Assembly (NCBI GenBank): GCA_023136205.1
Contig: JAGLRQ010000023.1
Coordinates: 1-32,000, forward strand
Source of the DNA: Candidatus Auribacterota bacterium
Lineage (GTDB): Bacteria; Auribacterota; UBA6266
Direction of reading: 5' to 3'
Length of the DNA stretch: 32,000 bases
Below are positions 19,591 to 27,047 of the stretch, piece after piece. The notes under the pieces were generated by a model that saw only the letters and a program-made list of their open reading frames with translations, ran no database searches and was not told where the DNA came from. The stretch's first letter is position 1, and every line of letters begins with the position of its first letter. The position numbers were made by a program, and so were the translations under genes.

Positions 19591-21099
19591 TTACCTTGAG
19601 CTTGTTTTCCCTTTCTCCTTGAGAACCCTGAGCAAAACCTTGTTCAAGTCCTCAATGCTGAACGGCTTTTTTATTGCAGCCAGAAAACCCATCTTCCTGT
19701 AATGGACAAGTGCGGGGTCATATGAATAGCCGCTGGTAATAACGGCTTTCACGTCAGGGTCAATCTTCTTTAACTCTTTTACTGTTTCTTTGCCGCCTAT
19801 ACCTTTTGAAACAGTAAGATCCAAAATTACCAGATTGTAGGGGTTTTTTGATTTAAGAGCGGCTTTATACTTTAGTACGGCTTCTTTACCATTTTTCACC
19901 AGGTCAGCTTTACATCCTATATACTCAAGCATCTCGCCGGCTATTTTTCTGACTATCGCTTCATCATCCATAAAGAGAATCCTGCATTTGACAGGATAAA
20001 CCTTTTTTTCCCGGGGCGCTTCTTTAACCTTTCCGGATTCATCCGCCGGCAGATAAATACAAAAAGTTGTTCCTTTTCTGGCCTTTGAATCCACAGTAAT
20101 CACCCCCGCGTGGTTGAGCACAACGGAATAAGAAACCGCAAGCCCCAACCCCCGCCCATTTTCCTTCGTTGTAAAATAGGGGTTAAATATCTTCCGGAGA
20201 TTCTGTTTGCTTATACCAACACCGTTATCCTTTATGGATATAACCACATACTTGCCGGCTTTAAGCGGAAGAATCCGGTCTTTTTTCACTACAGCATTTT
20301 TAATTTTTATTAATATTTTTCCACCCGCGGGCATTGCCTGCTCGGCATTTATAACCAGATTATTAATAACCTGGCTCACCTGCCCGTCATCCACTCTGAC
20401 CGGCCATAAATCTTTCTGAACTTCAAAAGAGCATTTGACATTGCCTCCCCTCACCGAAATACTCGAGGTATCCTTGACCACATGGGAAATATTAATCGTT
20501 TTTCTTAAAGGCACGCCTCCCTTGGCAAAAGTCAGGAACTGTTGGGTAATCTTTCTCGCGCTCAGAGAAGCCTTCTCCGCTTCTTCAAGCAAATCCGTAA
20601 GCTTTTTCTTTCCGCCTGACTCCATTTTCACAAGAGAAATGTTGCCGAGTATAGCTGTCAGGATATTGTTAAAGTCATGCGCGATACCGCCCGCAAGAAT
20701 ACCTATTGACTCAAGCCTCTGTGCTTTTAACATCTCTCTATATTTTATCTCAGTAATATCACATGCTTTCGCTTCGACAATTTTTCCGGCATCTGTAAAA
20801 CTTTTATTGATAACGGCATCGAGAATAACCCACTTATCCTTACCCGTCCGTGTCCTGAAATGATATTCCAGTCCACGAATTTCACCTTTCTCATCAAGCA
20901 GCTTACGTATTGACTTCTCCCCCTTCACAAGAACCATTACATTTTTTATCAGCTTGCCTTCCAGCTCTTTATGGCTAATACCCAAACCAAGCATTTCTAC
21001 AAATCCGGGGTTCGCGTACAATATTTCTCCTTTATCAAAGGTATACTGACAGACCCCGCATTTTGTAAACTCGAGCAGTCTTTTGTACAAATCTTTCAT
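19591..21099 (-). CDS. Soluble hybrid sensor histidine kinase (PAS, HisKA, HATPase_c, receiver)
   Basis: The translation shows an N-terminal PAS-like region, an H-box (GIAHDFNNIL), an N-box (NLVINAEQAM), G-boxes (DNGVGI, GRGLGLA), and a C-terminal REC domain (ILFMDDE...LVILDLTV...K). No TM segment is visible. Confidence 0.9.
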   Translation of the reverse strand: MKDLYKRLLEFTKCGVCQYTFDKGEILYANPGFVEMLGLGISHKELEGKLIKNVMVLVKGEKSIRKLLDEKGEIRGLEYHFRTRTGKDKWVILDAVINKSFTDAGKIVEAKACDITEIKYREMLKAQRLESIGILAGGIAHDFNNILTAILGNISLVKMESGGKKKLTDLLEEAEKASLSARKITQQFLTFAKGGVPLRKTINISHVVKDTSSISVRGGNVKCSFEVQKDLWPVRVDDGQVSQVINNLVINAEQAMPAGGKILIKIKNAVVKKDRILPLKAGKYVVISIKDNGVGISKQNLRKIFNPYFTTKENGRGLGLAVSYSVVLNHAGVITVDSKARKGTTFCIYLPADESGKVKEAPREKKVYPVKCRILFMDDEAIVRKIAGEMLEYIGCKADLVKNGKEAVLKYKAALKSKNPYNLVILDLTVSKGIGGKETVKELKKIDPDVKAVITSGYSYDPALVHYRKMGFLAAIKKPFSIEDLNKVLLRVLKEKGKTSSR

Positions 21100-21121
21100 G
21101 GGTTCCCTTTATTGAAAATTT

Positions 21122-21790
21122 TCATTCAACTTTACCGATTGGCATAATGTATAAAGGTGTTTCTTCAAAAGGCATACCAATGATTTTCTTTACCTCTTTA
21201 TCCGTAAACGCTCCAACAGCAACCGTGCTCAGGCCAAGAGACTCCGCCTGAAGATATATGTTTTCAGAAGCATGGCCTGCTTCCATATCAACATACCTTA
21301 CGCCTCTTTTTCCATATCTGTTGGTAACTCTATTGTAAACAGCGGAAAATACAATAACAACCGATCCTTCCGCAACACAGCTTTGCCCGAATGATGCTGA
21401 AGACAAATCCTTCCTTACATCTTTTCTGCCGGTTTGTATCAATTCATGTTTTTTAGGATCGTACCTATAAATTCCCTCGGACAAACCTTCGACATTGCCG
21501 ACCACCACATATACCATAAGCGGATAAGATGCTCCGGCGGACGGAGCTGCCCTGTAACCTTTCTTTTTTCCAGTAATACCCTGTGCCGCCCACAGTATCT
21601 GAGACACATCTTTAAGGGTTACGGCCCCATAAGAAAAATTTCTTACAGACCTTCTGTTAGAAATAGCTTTTTCTATGGAATGCGTACTATCAAGGGAAGG
21701 CTTTGGAAGGGTTACTACAATCCCCGCTTTCGCGCTGCTGCCAGCCATAAAAATAACTCCCGTTATAAGAAGTTTAAAAAAAAGAGACAT
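21122..21790 (-). CDS. SagB/ThcOx-type nitroreductase-family protein with an N-terminal signal or anchor peptide
   Basis: The N-terminus is hydrophobic (MSLFFKLLITGVIFMAGSSAKAG). The rest shows RRSVRNF, ILWAAQGIT, PSAGASYPL, GIYRYDPKKHEL and EAGHASENIYLQAESLGL, the SagB-type dehydrogenase pattern. A strong SD (AAGGAGGG) precedes the start. Confidence 0.8.
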   Translation of the reverse strand: MSLFFKLLITGVIFMAGSSAKAGIVVTLPKPSLDSTHSIEKAISNRRSVRNFSYGAVTLKDVSQILWAAQGITGKKKGYRAAPSAGASYPLMVYVVVGNVEGLSEGIYRYDPKKHELIQTGRKDVRKDLSSASFGQSCVAEGSVVIVFSAVYNRVTNRYGKRGVRYVDMEAGHASENIYLQAESLGLSTVAVGAFTDKEVKKIIGMPFEETPLYIMPIGKVE

Positions 21791-21828
21791 AATATCACCC
21801 TCCTTTTTTAATAATACCTAAGCCACGT

Positions 21829-21837
21829 ATTATATCA
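21829..21837 (-). promoter_or_regulatory. Putative extended -10 promoter element for the nitroreductase/hybrid-kinase pair
   Basis: The minus strand reads TGATATAAT (TGn + TATAAT) ~40 nt upstream of the ATG at 21790. There is no good -35, as is common for extended -10 promoters. Confidence 0.4.
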
Positions 21838-21949
21838 CAAATAGATATTATTTTTCTTGAGCCCTTTTACTTTACTTATGTATGACGTCAAGACCTGACA
21901 CTATTTACCCTATTGAATTAAATAGAAACGTCCCCTTTTCCTTCCTTGA

Positions 21950-22771
21950 TCATAGTTTGTCTATAAAATTCAGCGCTTCTCTTAGGACTTTTCCATCACA
22001 CAAACCATGACCCATCCCCGGAACGTCAATTAATTTGGCATTGAATTTCTTTTTGGTATAACCATTGTGGTATACATCCAGTATATCCCCATGCCGCCAA
22101 TCAGATTTTCCCGTAATTAATACGAATTTTACATTCCTTTTAGCCCTGTTAGAATGTGTTGGTTTAGGAATATCATATGCATATTCACCGTTAGTTGTTG
22201 AATATGTTTGCTTAACTTTTTTATAAAAGTTTGCCCCGCAAATAGGTATAGCACCTGAGAACAAATCGGAATGTAAAAAAGCCAGAGTAGAAGCAGTTCG
22301 ACCTCCTCCTGACAAACCGGAGATATAAATCCTATCCCTGTTTACCTTAAACATCTCCATCATTTTATAGACACCTACCACAGTCAAACTCATCCTATGG
22401 TCAATATCATGATTGTTGCCCACTCTTTGCGGAGCAATAAAAAGAAGTTGCTTTTCTTTTATGATATTTTTCCAACTCGCCGGAATTTTCATATTGTCAT
22501 CCGAATTAATAAATGCCAGAACTCCAAACGGTTTTGTACCATCATAGTTTTTAGGGACGTAAATATAAAATTTCTCGTTTTTCAAAGTATAAGAATAATT
22601 CAAATAAGAATGCTTCTTTTTAACCTTTGGCAATTTACCTTTAAAGGAATGAACTGTATCCATCTCTGAGAAAACCAATGAGGAAAGAATAAAATACACA
22701 CCTAAAAAACTTAGGCAGGGAGAAACAAGTTTATTCATTTTCTTAATACTTATCACTTTTATTGCATTCAT
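21950..22771 (-). CDS. Secreted alpha/beta-hydrolase (esterase / PHB-depolymerase-like family)
   Basis: The translation has a hydrophobic N-terminus, a nucleophile elbow (GLSGGG), and a C-terminal GMGHG His. An AAGGAG SD lies 8 nt upstream of the ATG. Confidence 0.7.
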   Translation of the reverse strand: MNAIKVISIKKMNKLVSPCLSFLGVYFILSSLVFSEMDTVHSFKGKLPKVKKKHSYLNYSYTLKNEKFYIYVPKNYDGTKPFGVLAFINSDDNMKIPASWKNIIKEKQLLFIAPQRVGNNHDIDHRMSLTVVGVYKMMEMFKVNRDRIYISGLSGGGRTASTLAFLHSDLFSGAIPICGANFYKKVKQTYSTTNGEYAYDIPKPTHSNRAKRNVKFVLITGKSDWRHGDILDVYHNGYTKKKFNAKLIDVPGMGHGLCDGKVLREALNFIDKL

Positions 22772-22826
22772 AACAGCATCTCCTTAGAAAGCTAACTCCG
22801 CACCTTATCGCTACACTATTTACTAC

Positions 22827-23360
22827 CTACCGGACTCTTTTTACAGTTAATATATCTGATGCAGTGTAATAAAATGGGAGATTCACAAATTTGCAACCTT
22901 CTTTAACGGCCTTATTGGGAAGAGCAAGAACAACTATTTGAAAGTCAACCCCTATACCCGCGCCTTCTTTTTCTCCGATATAAATTCCGCCCTCAAATCT
23001 ACCATCCTGAGATACCACAGGCTTTGATTGTGCCCACCACCATTTGACGTGAGAAAGCGGCTTTACAAAAGGGACTAACTCCACTTGCTTTTCCTGCAAG
23101 GCAAGGTTAACTCTCGAATTAGATTCAACCTGCGCCGCCGTAGTGCGAAAATCAACATTCCCGCTAATTTTCACTATATAACCGGATACCTCAGCGCCAT
23201 TTTCAGGTTCTGAAAGTTTAACATTTATTATCCAATTCTTAGCCATAGAAGCGAGTTTCTCAACTCGCTTAACCCGCAGAAAAGTATAAATAGATATAAT
23301 AGAGGCAAAAATACCCAGGATTAGCCCGGACGAGCTAACAATTTCCCATAATTTCATCAT
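22827..23360 (-). CDS. Hypothetical N-terminally membrane-anchored protein with a beta-rich extracytoplasmic domain
   Basis: One TM helix is present (SSGLILGIFASIISIYTFL). It is followed by an Ig-like-looking segment (KLSEPENGAEVSGYIVKISGNVDF). I recognise no family. Confidence 0.55.
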   Translation of the reverse strand: MMKLWEIVSSSGLILGIFASIISIYTFLRVKRVEKLASMAKNWIINVKLSEPENGAEVSGYIVKISGNVDFRTTAAQVESNSRVNLALQEKQVELVPFVKPLSHVKWWWAQSKPVVSQDGRFEGGIYIGEKEGAGIGVDFQIVVLALPNKAVKEGCKFVNLPFYYTASDILTVKRVR

Positions 23361-23544
23361 ATTTTCTATCCCTATCCCAATTTAAATAAAAACAGTCTGG
23401 TTCCAACACAATTAAACGGTAAATTGGTTAATTATTTAATCACCAATTAACCATTCACCGTTTTAAACGACCTGTCCACAATTATTGAACGAAGTTTGAG
23501 TTTATTTTGAAAACAATTTCCATCCTTGTCCCGTTTCGCGGGAT

Positions 23545-23874
23545 TTATGAATCAAGAGGATTAAAATTATCTCTTTTTTGCTTAATTCTTAGTTCAACAC
23601 TTCGATTTATCTTCTCTTTTGTTTCTTCACCTATATGCGTAAACTTCAACTTATTAATCATTTCTTTCAAATTATGTTCTAAAACCAGTTTTCCAAAAGC
23701 TTCATCAAGAAAAGAAGGAGTCACAAGTTTAACTCCCTCAAAGGACACTTCAATATCACCCTTATCCCAATTTTCAAGAACCATCTCCCTGATAGCTTGC
23801 CCACCCTTCTTTTGAGGGCTATCAATTCGCTGAGAACAGTATTCGCCAATTATTTCTTGTATTTTTATCAACAT
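23545..23874 (-). CDS. DUF4325-like (STAS-like) small protein
   Basis: The 109-aa translation contains GQAIREMVLENWDKGDIEVSFEGVKLVTPSFLDEAFGKL. This matches my recollection of the DUF4325/STAS-like signature (xxF.GV..vtsSFldE.fG.L). An AAGGA SD is present. The start is 10 nt after the upstream GHKL gene stop. Confidence 0.65.
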   Translation of the reverse strand: MLIKIQEIIGEYCSQRIDSPQKKGGQAIREMVLENWDKGDIEVSFEGVKLVTPSFLDEAFGKLVLEHNLKEMINKLKFTHIGEETKEKINRSVELRIKQKRDNFNPLDS

Positions 23875-23884
23875 AAAACAATCC

Positions 23885-24817
23885 TTACCTAATTAACTTA
23901 TAATCTTCAGGAATAGGCTCTGACTTAAAAAATATCTTACTTCCCGGCTTGCTGTTTATTGTAGCATCAATGAAAGTTCCAGGGAATTTAAAATCCAGCC
24001 TTTCAATGTTTTTTACAACTTTTGATTTAGCCCCGCTATATGTAATTATCTCTTCATAAAACCCGTTACCGGAAATTATTATGAATTCTCCTCCAACAAA
24101 GTTAATAAACTCTCTAAACTCTGACAATCCAACTCCGGAATTTTCACGGCCTAAAGTTCCGGTTACCCCTCTAACTAAGGCTCTTTTAATTGCAAATGTA
24201 GAATCTAATTGTATCAAATCATTAAATTTTCTTGCTAAATGATTCTTTATGCCTATTCCCAAATCGCTTATGCAGACTCTTACTCTGTGAGTTTTTTGAT
24301 ATCCCTGCCCCAAAACAAAACAACCGGTTTTGGAACCACTATGCTGTTGAACATTTAAAATTAATTCAGCTAAACTTTCATGTATATGGTTACAAACATT
24401 AGAAGATAATTTTAATTCCTTTTCAATAATATTAATGAGCTGCTCTATTTCATAGTCATCAGGAAAATCAAACCGTCTAATTTTATAAATATACGTTCCA
24501 TTATGCTGCGGCGCCTTGCCATTCAAATAGGATTTAACTCCAACAAACTCACAAAAGCCGCATTCTGAAAGGAAATTTGATACTTCTTTGTCTTTTGGAT
24601 ATATATGGGATATCTTAGACTCTCGAACAGCCATTAAATATTTGCCCACCGCGGATAAAATATTTACACCAGAAGGATATATAAACTCTAATTCCGAAAA
24701 ATTCAGACAAATTTCTTCCCCATGTTCGACACTTAACATTTCTTTTATACAATTCATTACTTGTTTAGTGTCAGCATTTAAACCTAATCCGAATCTACCA
24801 GATAACTTTAATTCCAT
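23885..24817 (-). CDS. STAS-like N-terminal domain fused to a GHKL (RsbW/SpoIIAB-like) ATPase/kinase domain
   Basis: The N-terminal domain reads ICLNFSELEFIYPSGVNILSAVGKYL (STAS-like). The Bergerat-fold boxes are ESLAELILNVQQHS (N-box), ISDLGIGIKNHL (G1) and RENSGVGLSEF (G2). I prefer the ATG at 24817 (MELKLSG) over the GTG at 24841. Confidence 0.7.
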   Translation of the reverse strand: MELKLSGRFGLGLNADTKQVMNCIKEMLSVEHGEEICLNFSELEFIYPSGVNILSAVGKYLMAVRESKISHIYPKDKEVSNFLSECGFCEFVGVKSYLNGKAPQHNGTYIYKIRRFDFPDDYEIEQLINIIEKELKLSSNVCNHIHESLAELILNVQQHSGSKTGCFVLGQGYQKTHRVRVCISDLGIGIKNHLARKFNDLIQLDSTFAIKRALVRGVTGTLGRENSGVGLSEFREFINFVGGEFIIISGNGFYEEIITYSGAKSKVVKNIERLDFKFPGTFIDATINSKPGSKIFFKSEPIPEDYKLIR

Positions 24818-24858
24818 TTTTTTGCCTTTATAACAATGCACAAATTACAATAGCCCGC

Positions 24859-24886
24859 ATTATATGCAAAGTTTTGAAAAAAACAA
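24859..24886 (-). promoter_or_regulatory. Putative sigma70 promoter for the STAS-GHKL/DUF4325 pair
   Basis: The minus strand reads TTGTTT, a 16-nt spacer, then a perfect TATAAT. It lies ~40 nt upstream of the ATG at 24817. Confidence 0.45.
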
Positions 24887-25015
24887 ATAATTTATTATTC
24901 ATTTTTACCATTCTGCTTGCACCGTAATGAACTTTGCTTTACGTCAGGGGCTTGTGCAGAATAGCAAAATCTTTTCCCACCCCTTTTCCACTTCGCGGAA
25001 TTTGATGCAAATCGA

Positions 25016-25294
25016 TTATTCTAATTCAATTCTTTCTATTTCTCCAAGTGGAATACCAATACGGTTTTTAAGTTGAATTTCCATCTCTTCTAAGAGATAC
25101 TCCGGAGCTCTTAGAACACCAATTGTATCACTTTCTCCTTTTAAAATAATCTTATTCCCTTCTTGTTTAATTTCTCCAAGTTTTTCTCCAAAATCAGGTT
25201 GTTCAAAACCACTATTCCCTTTATTGAAAAATTTTGACCCTCTATTAAAATCAAGTTCTATTTCAGGATGATTACCAATGATATATTTCTTCAT
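25016..25294 (-). CDS. Hypothetical 92-aa acidic protein
   Basis: This is an uninterrupted ORF in a gene-dense minus-strand context, 66 nt downstream of the HNH gene. I recognise no motif. Confidence 0.45.
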   Translation of the reverse strand: MKKYIIGNHPEIELDFNRGSKFFNKGNSGFEQPDFGEKLGEIKQEGNKIILKGESDTIGVLRAPEYLLEEMEIQLKNRIGIPLGEIERIELE

Positions 25295-25360
25295 CTTTTT
25301 TCCTTTTTGAGCTTTTACCTATTTTTTTATGTGATATTCTCAATCTCGATCCTCAATCTT

Positions 25361-26131
25361 TTATTTTTTATAGATTTTATTGTAATGATATTCAACGTAC
25401 TCTTTTTTAGGGGCAGGAGGTATAAAAGTAAATATTTTATTGTGCTCTTTGTCTACCACTGCTTCACAATCTTCAGGAAATATAGCAATCTCACCGTAGT
25501 CAAATAAAACATGATGGTTAGGGCAGAGTACCAACATATTTGCTTTTATATCTGGCCCATCATGACCCAATGGTTTAATATGGTGAGTTTCTGCATATCC
25601 CTTTCCTTCTATACTTAATCTAGTACCACATATTTGGCACTGGCAATTCCGGTCTTCTTTAACCTTATTAGATAACGCAGTATCGCGAACCGACCTTGTA
25701 ATTGTAGTAGTAGTCTTCTCAGGAGGATATTCTTCCATAAATTCTGGTTTAGGTTGTTCTATAATTTCAACATAATTAGATATTTTGTTATAAGCGTCAT
25801 TAATTTTTTTGTCTGAGATAGAAAAAGTTCCATCTCGATTCTCCGTCAATATTCCTTGTCTTTGAAGTAATCCCTGTTTAGCTGCATCAATATGATGTTT
25901 CCAAATCGAATAGTTTCCTCTATTCATAGGTTTACAATCTTCATTGTTTAAGATATTTAGTGATTTAATAACATATTTTTTAAACTTAGATGATTGGTAT
26001 CTTTCATTCTTGACTATCATGTAGATTAGAATCAGGTTTTCAAAGTAATTTGTGCGTATTTGAGAATTATGATTTCTTTGCGGATTGTTGATATATTTTT
26101 CTCCCTTTGGAGTTATCTGGTAGTTAATCAT
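25361..26131 (-). CDS. HNH endonuclease with an N-terminal Mrr_N-like winged-helix domain
   Basis: The C-terminal region reads CQCQICGTRL...AETHHIKPLGHDGPDIKANMLVLCPNHHVLFDYG, a McrA-type HNH with a Cys pair and HH..N..H. The N-terminal half (SIWKHHIDAAKQGLLQRQGILTENRDGTFSISDKK) resembles the Mrr_N wHTH. A good SD (AGGTGA) lies ~5 nt upstream of the ATG. Confidence 0.8.
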   Translation of the reverse strand: MINYQITPKGEKYINNPQRNHNSQIRTNYFENLILIYMIVKNERYQSSKFKKYVIKSLNILNNEDCKPMNRGNYSIWKHHIDAAKQGLLQRQGILTENRDGTFSISDKKINDAYNKISNYVEIIEQPKPEFMEEYPPEKTTTTITRSVRDTALSNKVKEDRNCQCQICGTRLSIEGKGYAETHHIKPLGHDGPDIKANMLVLCPNHHVLFDYGEIAIFPEDCEAVVDKEHNKIFTFIPPAPKKEYVEYHYNKIYKK

Positions 26132-26412
26132 TTATTCACCTGTTTATTCTTGTTAGCTGTCCTATCAGAAAAATCAAGAGGAATTAACCTGTCCTTTCTG
26201 GCCCTTGCAATCTTGATTATACCCTTCTCCTCAAGCTCCAGCAACCCCAAAGAAATTGATTCCAAATTTAGGAATTTCAAAAATGGTTTTTTCCTGTTCA
26301 CGAGTTTGGATTTTACAACAGGTATTGTAATGAAGTTGATTAAATGTGTTTGGATGCGAGATATGCGACTGAGGGTTCCGTTTAAGAAAATAGGGACAGT
26401 CCACCCGCTCAC
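26128..26412 (-). CDS. Doubtful small ORF, possibly a wHTH-like protein, whose stop overlaps the HNH start (ATGA)
   Basis: The C-terminal part (FLKFLNLESISLGLLELEEKGIIKIARARKDR) looks helix-turn-helix-like, and the stop/start overlap suggests coupling. Against this, the only full-length start is a GTG embedded in the 13-bp inverted repeat, and no SD is visible. Confidence 0.25.
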   Translation of the reverse strand: MSGWTVPIFLNGTLSRISRIQTHLINFITIPVVKSKLVNRKKPFLKFLNLESISLGLLELEEKGIIKIARARKDRLIPLDFSDRTANKNKQVNK

Positions 26413-26442
26413 TACGCTCGCTTGGGACAGTCCCTATTTTCT
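26385..26442. repeat. Perfect 13-bp inverted repeat (AGAAAATAGGGAC / GTCCCTATTTTCT) separated by 32 bp
   Basis: Read directly from the sequence. The arms are at 26385-26397 and 26430-26442, and each carries the near-palindrome GGGACAGTCC. The repeat lies 68 nt downstream of the tRNA-Pro 3' end, at the edge of the AT-rich island. Confidence 0.8.
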
Positions 26443-26509
26443 GTAACGAAGCAGGCAAGCGCATATAAGCAACTGGAATAGATATCTGGTGTAAATTTCA
26501 AACTAAAAA

Positions 26510-26586
<77 letters not shown>

Positions 26587-26681
26587 ACATATCAAAATTT
26601 TAATGCGTTAACCAATTTGATTAGTATCTCGTATTTAGTGAATAGTATCTAGTAAAAATTTTTTATTCGTGTTCTTTGTTG

Positions 26682-27026
26682 TTATTCGTACTTGGTTGGT
26701 TGAAACAGCTTCTTCAACGCGACAAGCTGTTTTTTTACATCAAGCAGAACTGCCTTATCCACTGCAGTAACCTTATCCTCTTTACGCAGCTCCTTTAACC
26801 TCTTCCTCGCCCCGTCAATAGTAAACTTCTCTTCATAAAGCAGTTTCTTAATACGCAGAACAGCCTCAATATCTTTCTTTTGATACATCCTCTGTCCGCG
26901 GGGGCTCTTGGAAGGCCGCAGCTGGCCGAATTCAGTCTGCCAGTACCTGAGAACAAACGGTTCAAGGCCGCAGAGATCACTGACTTCACCAATGGTAAAA
27001 TACATCTTATCAGGAATCTTAACCAT
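26682..27026 (-). CDS. MerR-family transcriptional regulator (small, coiled-coil C-terminus)
   Basis: The translation [46 protein letters not shown] is a MerR HTH signature. Confidence 0.88.
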   Translation of the reverse strand: MVKIPDKMYFTIGEVSDLCGLEPFVLRYWQTEFGQLRPSKSPRGQRMYQKKDIEAVLRIKKLLYEEKFTIDGARKRLKELRKEDKVTAVDKAVLLDVKKQLVALKKLFQPTKYE

Positions 27027-27047
27027 GATATACCATCCTATTTTTTT

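Noticed and set aside
23528-23543. A hairpin (TCCCG-TTTCG-CGGGA) right after the DUF4325 stop, and the 9-bp repeat TGGTTAATT/AATTAACCA at ~23423-23451
   Set aside because: The stems are short and no clear U-tract follows. They may be a weak terminator or operator, but I cannot support either call. They are mentioned only under the membrane-orphan finding.
26231-26464. A 77-aa minus-strand ORF, and a 128-aa plus-strand ORF (26060-26446), in the tRNA/HNH spacer
   Set aside because: They are mutually overlapping alternative frames across the inverted repeat, with no SD and no motifs. Only the frame ending in the ATGA overlap with the HNH start was kept, at low confidence.
21800-26509. A direct repeat of the tRNA-Pro 3' end (att-like) that would delimit the island, and any integrase or recombinase gene
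   Set aside because: By eye I found only a 6-nt match (GGACTC at ~22850) and no tyrosine or serine recombinase ORF. The island is therefore not called a mobile element. A blastn self-search is needed.
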